The translations under genes were made by a program, and so were the position numbers. The notes beneath the pieces were generated by a model. The model made no database searches and was not told the DNA's origin. It saw nothing but the letters and a program-made list of their open reading frames with translations. From Paraspadella gotoi (taxonomy: Eukaryota > Animalia > Chaetognatha): a stretch of 64,000 nt of DNA. Positions 63,941 to 64,000 of the stretch are shown here, one piece after another. Within the stretch, counting starts at the first letter, position 1, and each line of letters begins with the position of its first letter. The DNA lies in the NCBI GenBank assembly GCA_051294375.1, contig CM119269.1, positions 22,865,808-22,929,807 on the forward strand. The letters run 5' to 3'.

Positions 63941-64000
63941 GCATATTGGTATTGAATTAATTGAAGTGAAATATATTATTTTATATTTTATAATTTGATG

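Overview
Eukaryotic, AT-rich, microsatellite-saturated non-coding DNA. No full-length protein-coding gene, rRNA, intact tRNA or CRISPR array can be supported. Almost all listed ORFs are translations of (GA)n, (GTC)n, (CAT)n or (AAT)n tracts, N gaps or low-quality read segments. The assembly is a short-read scaffold patched with raw long reads: there are nine gaps of exactly 25 N, indel-rich duplicates next to gaps, and several kb-scale fold-backs (about 26.8-30.0, 32.3-38.9, 43.4-49.2, 52.9-64.0 kb). Much of the right half is therefore redundant, noisy copy. What looks real: (1) a few short GT-AG exon candidates; (2) Helentron/DINE-1-like and MITE-like fragments; (3) many mini- and microsatellites; (4) two ~200-bp interspersed repeat families, F1 (9.5, 18.5, 19.7, 45-46 kb) and F2 (1.8, 20.6 kb; tRNA-like head). 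F1 and F2 show no obvious overall similarity by eye but share a core: AGGTAC..GKACCT, then GYAAGMGTGA, a hairpin with loop CCKTAAW, and a hairpin whose 8-nt loop resembles twister ribozyme L4. This shared structured-RNA module is the best candidate for something undescribed. It was found by eye and its function is unproven.
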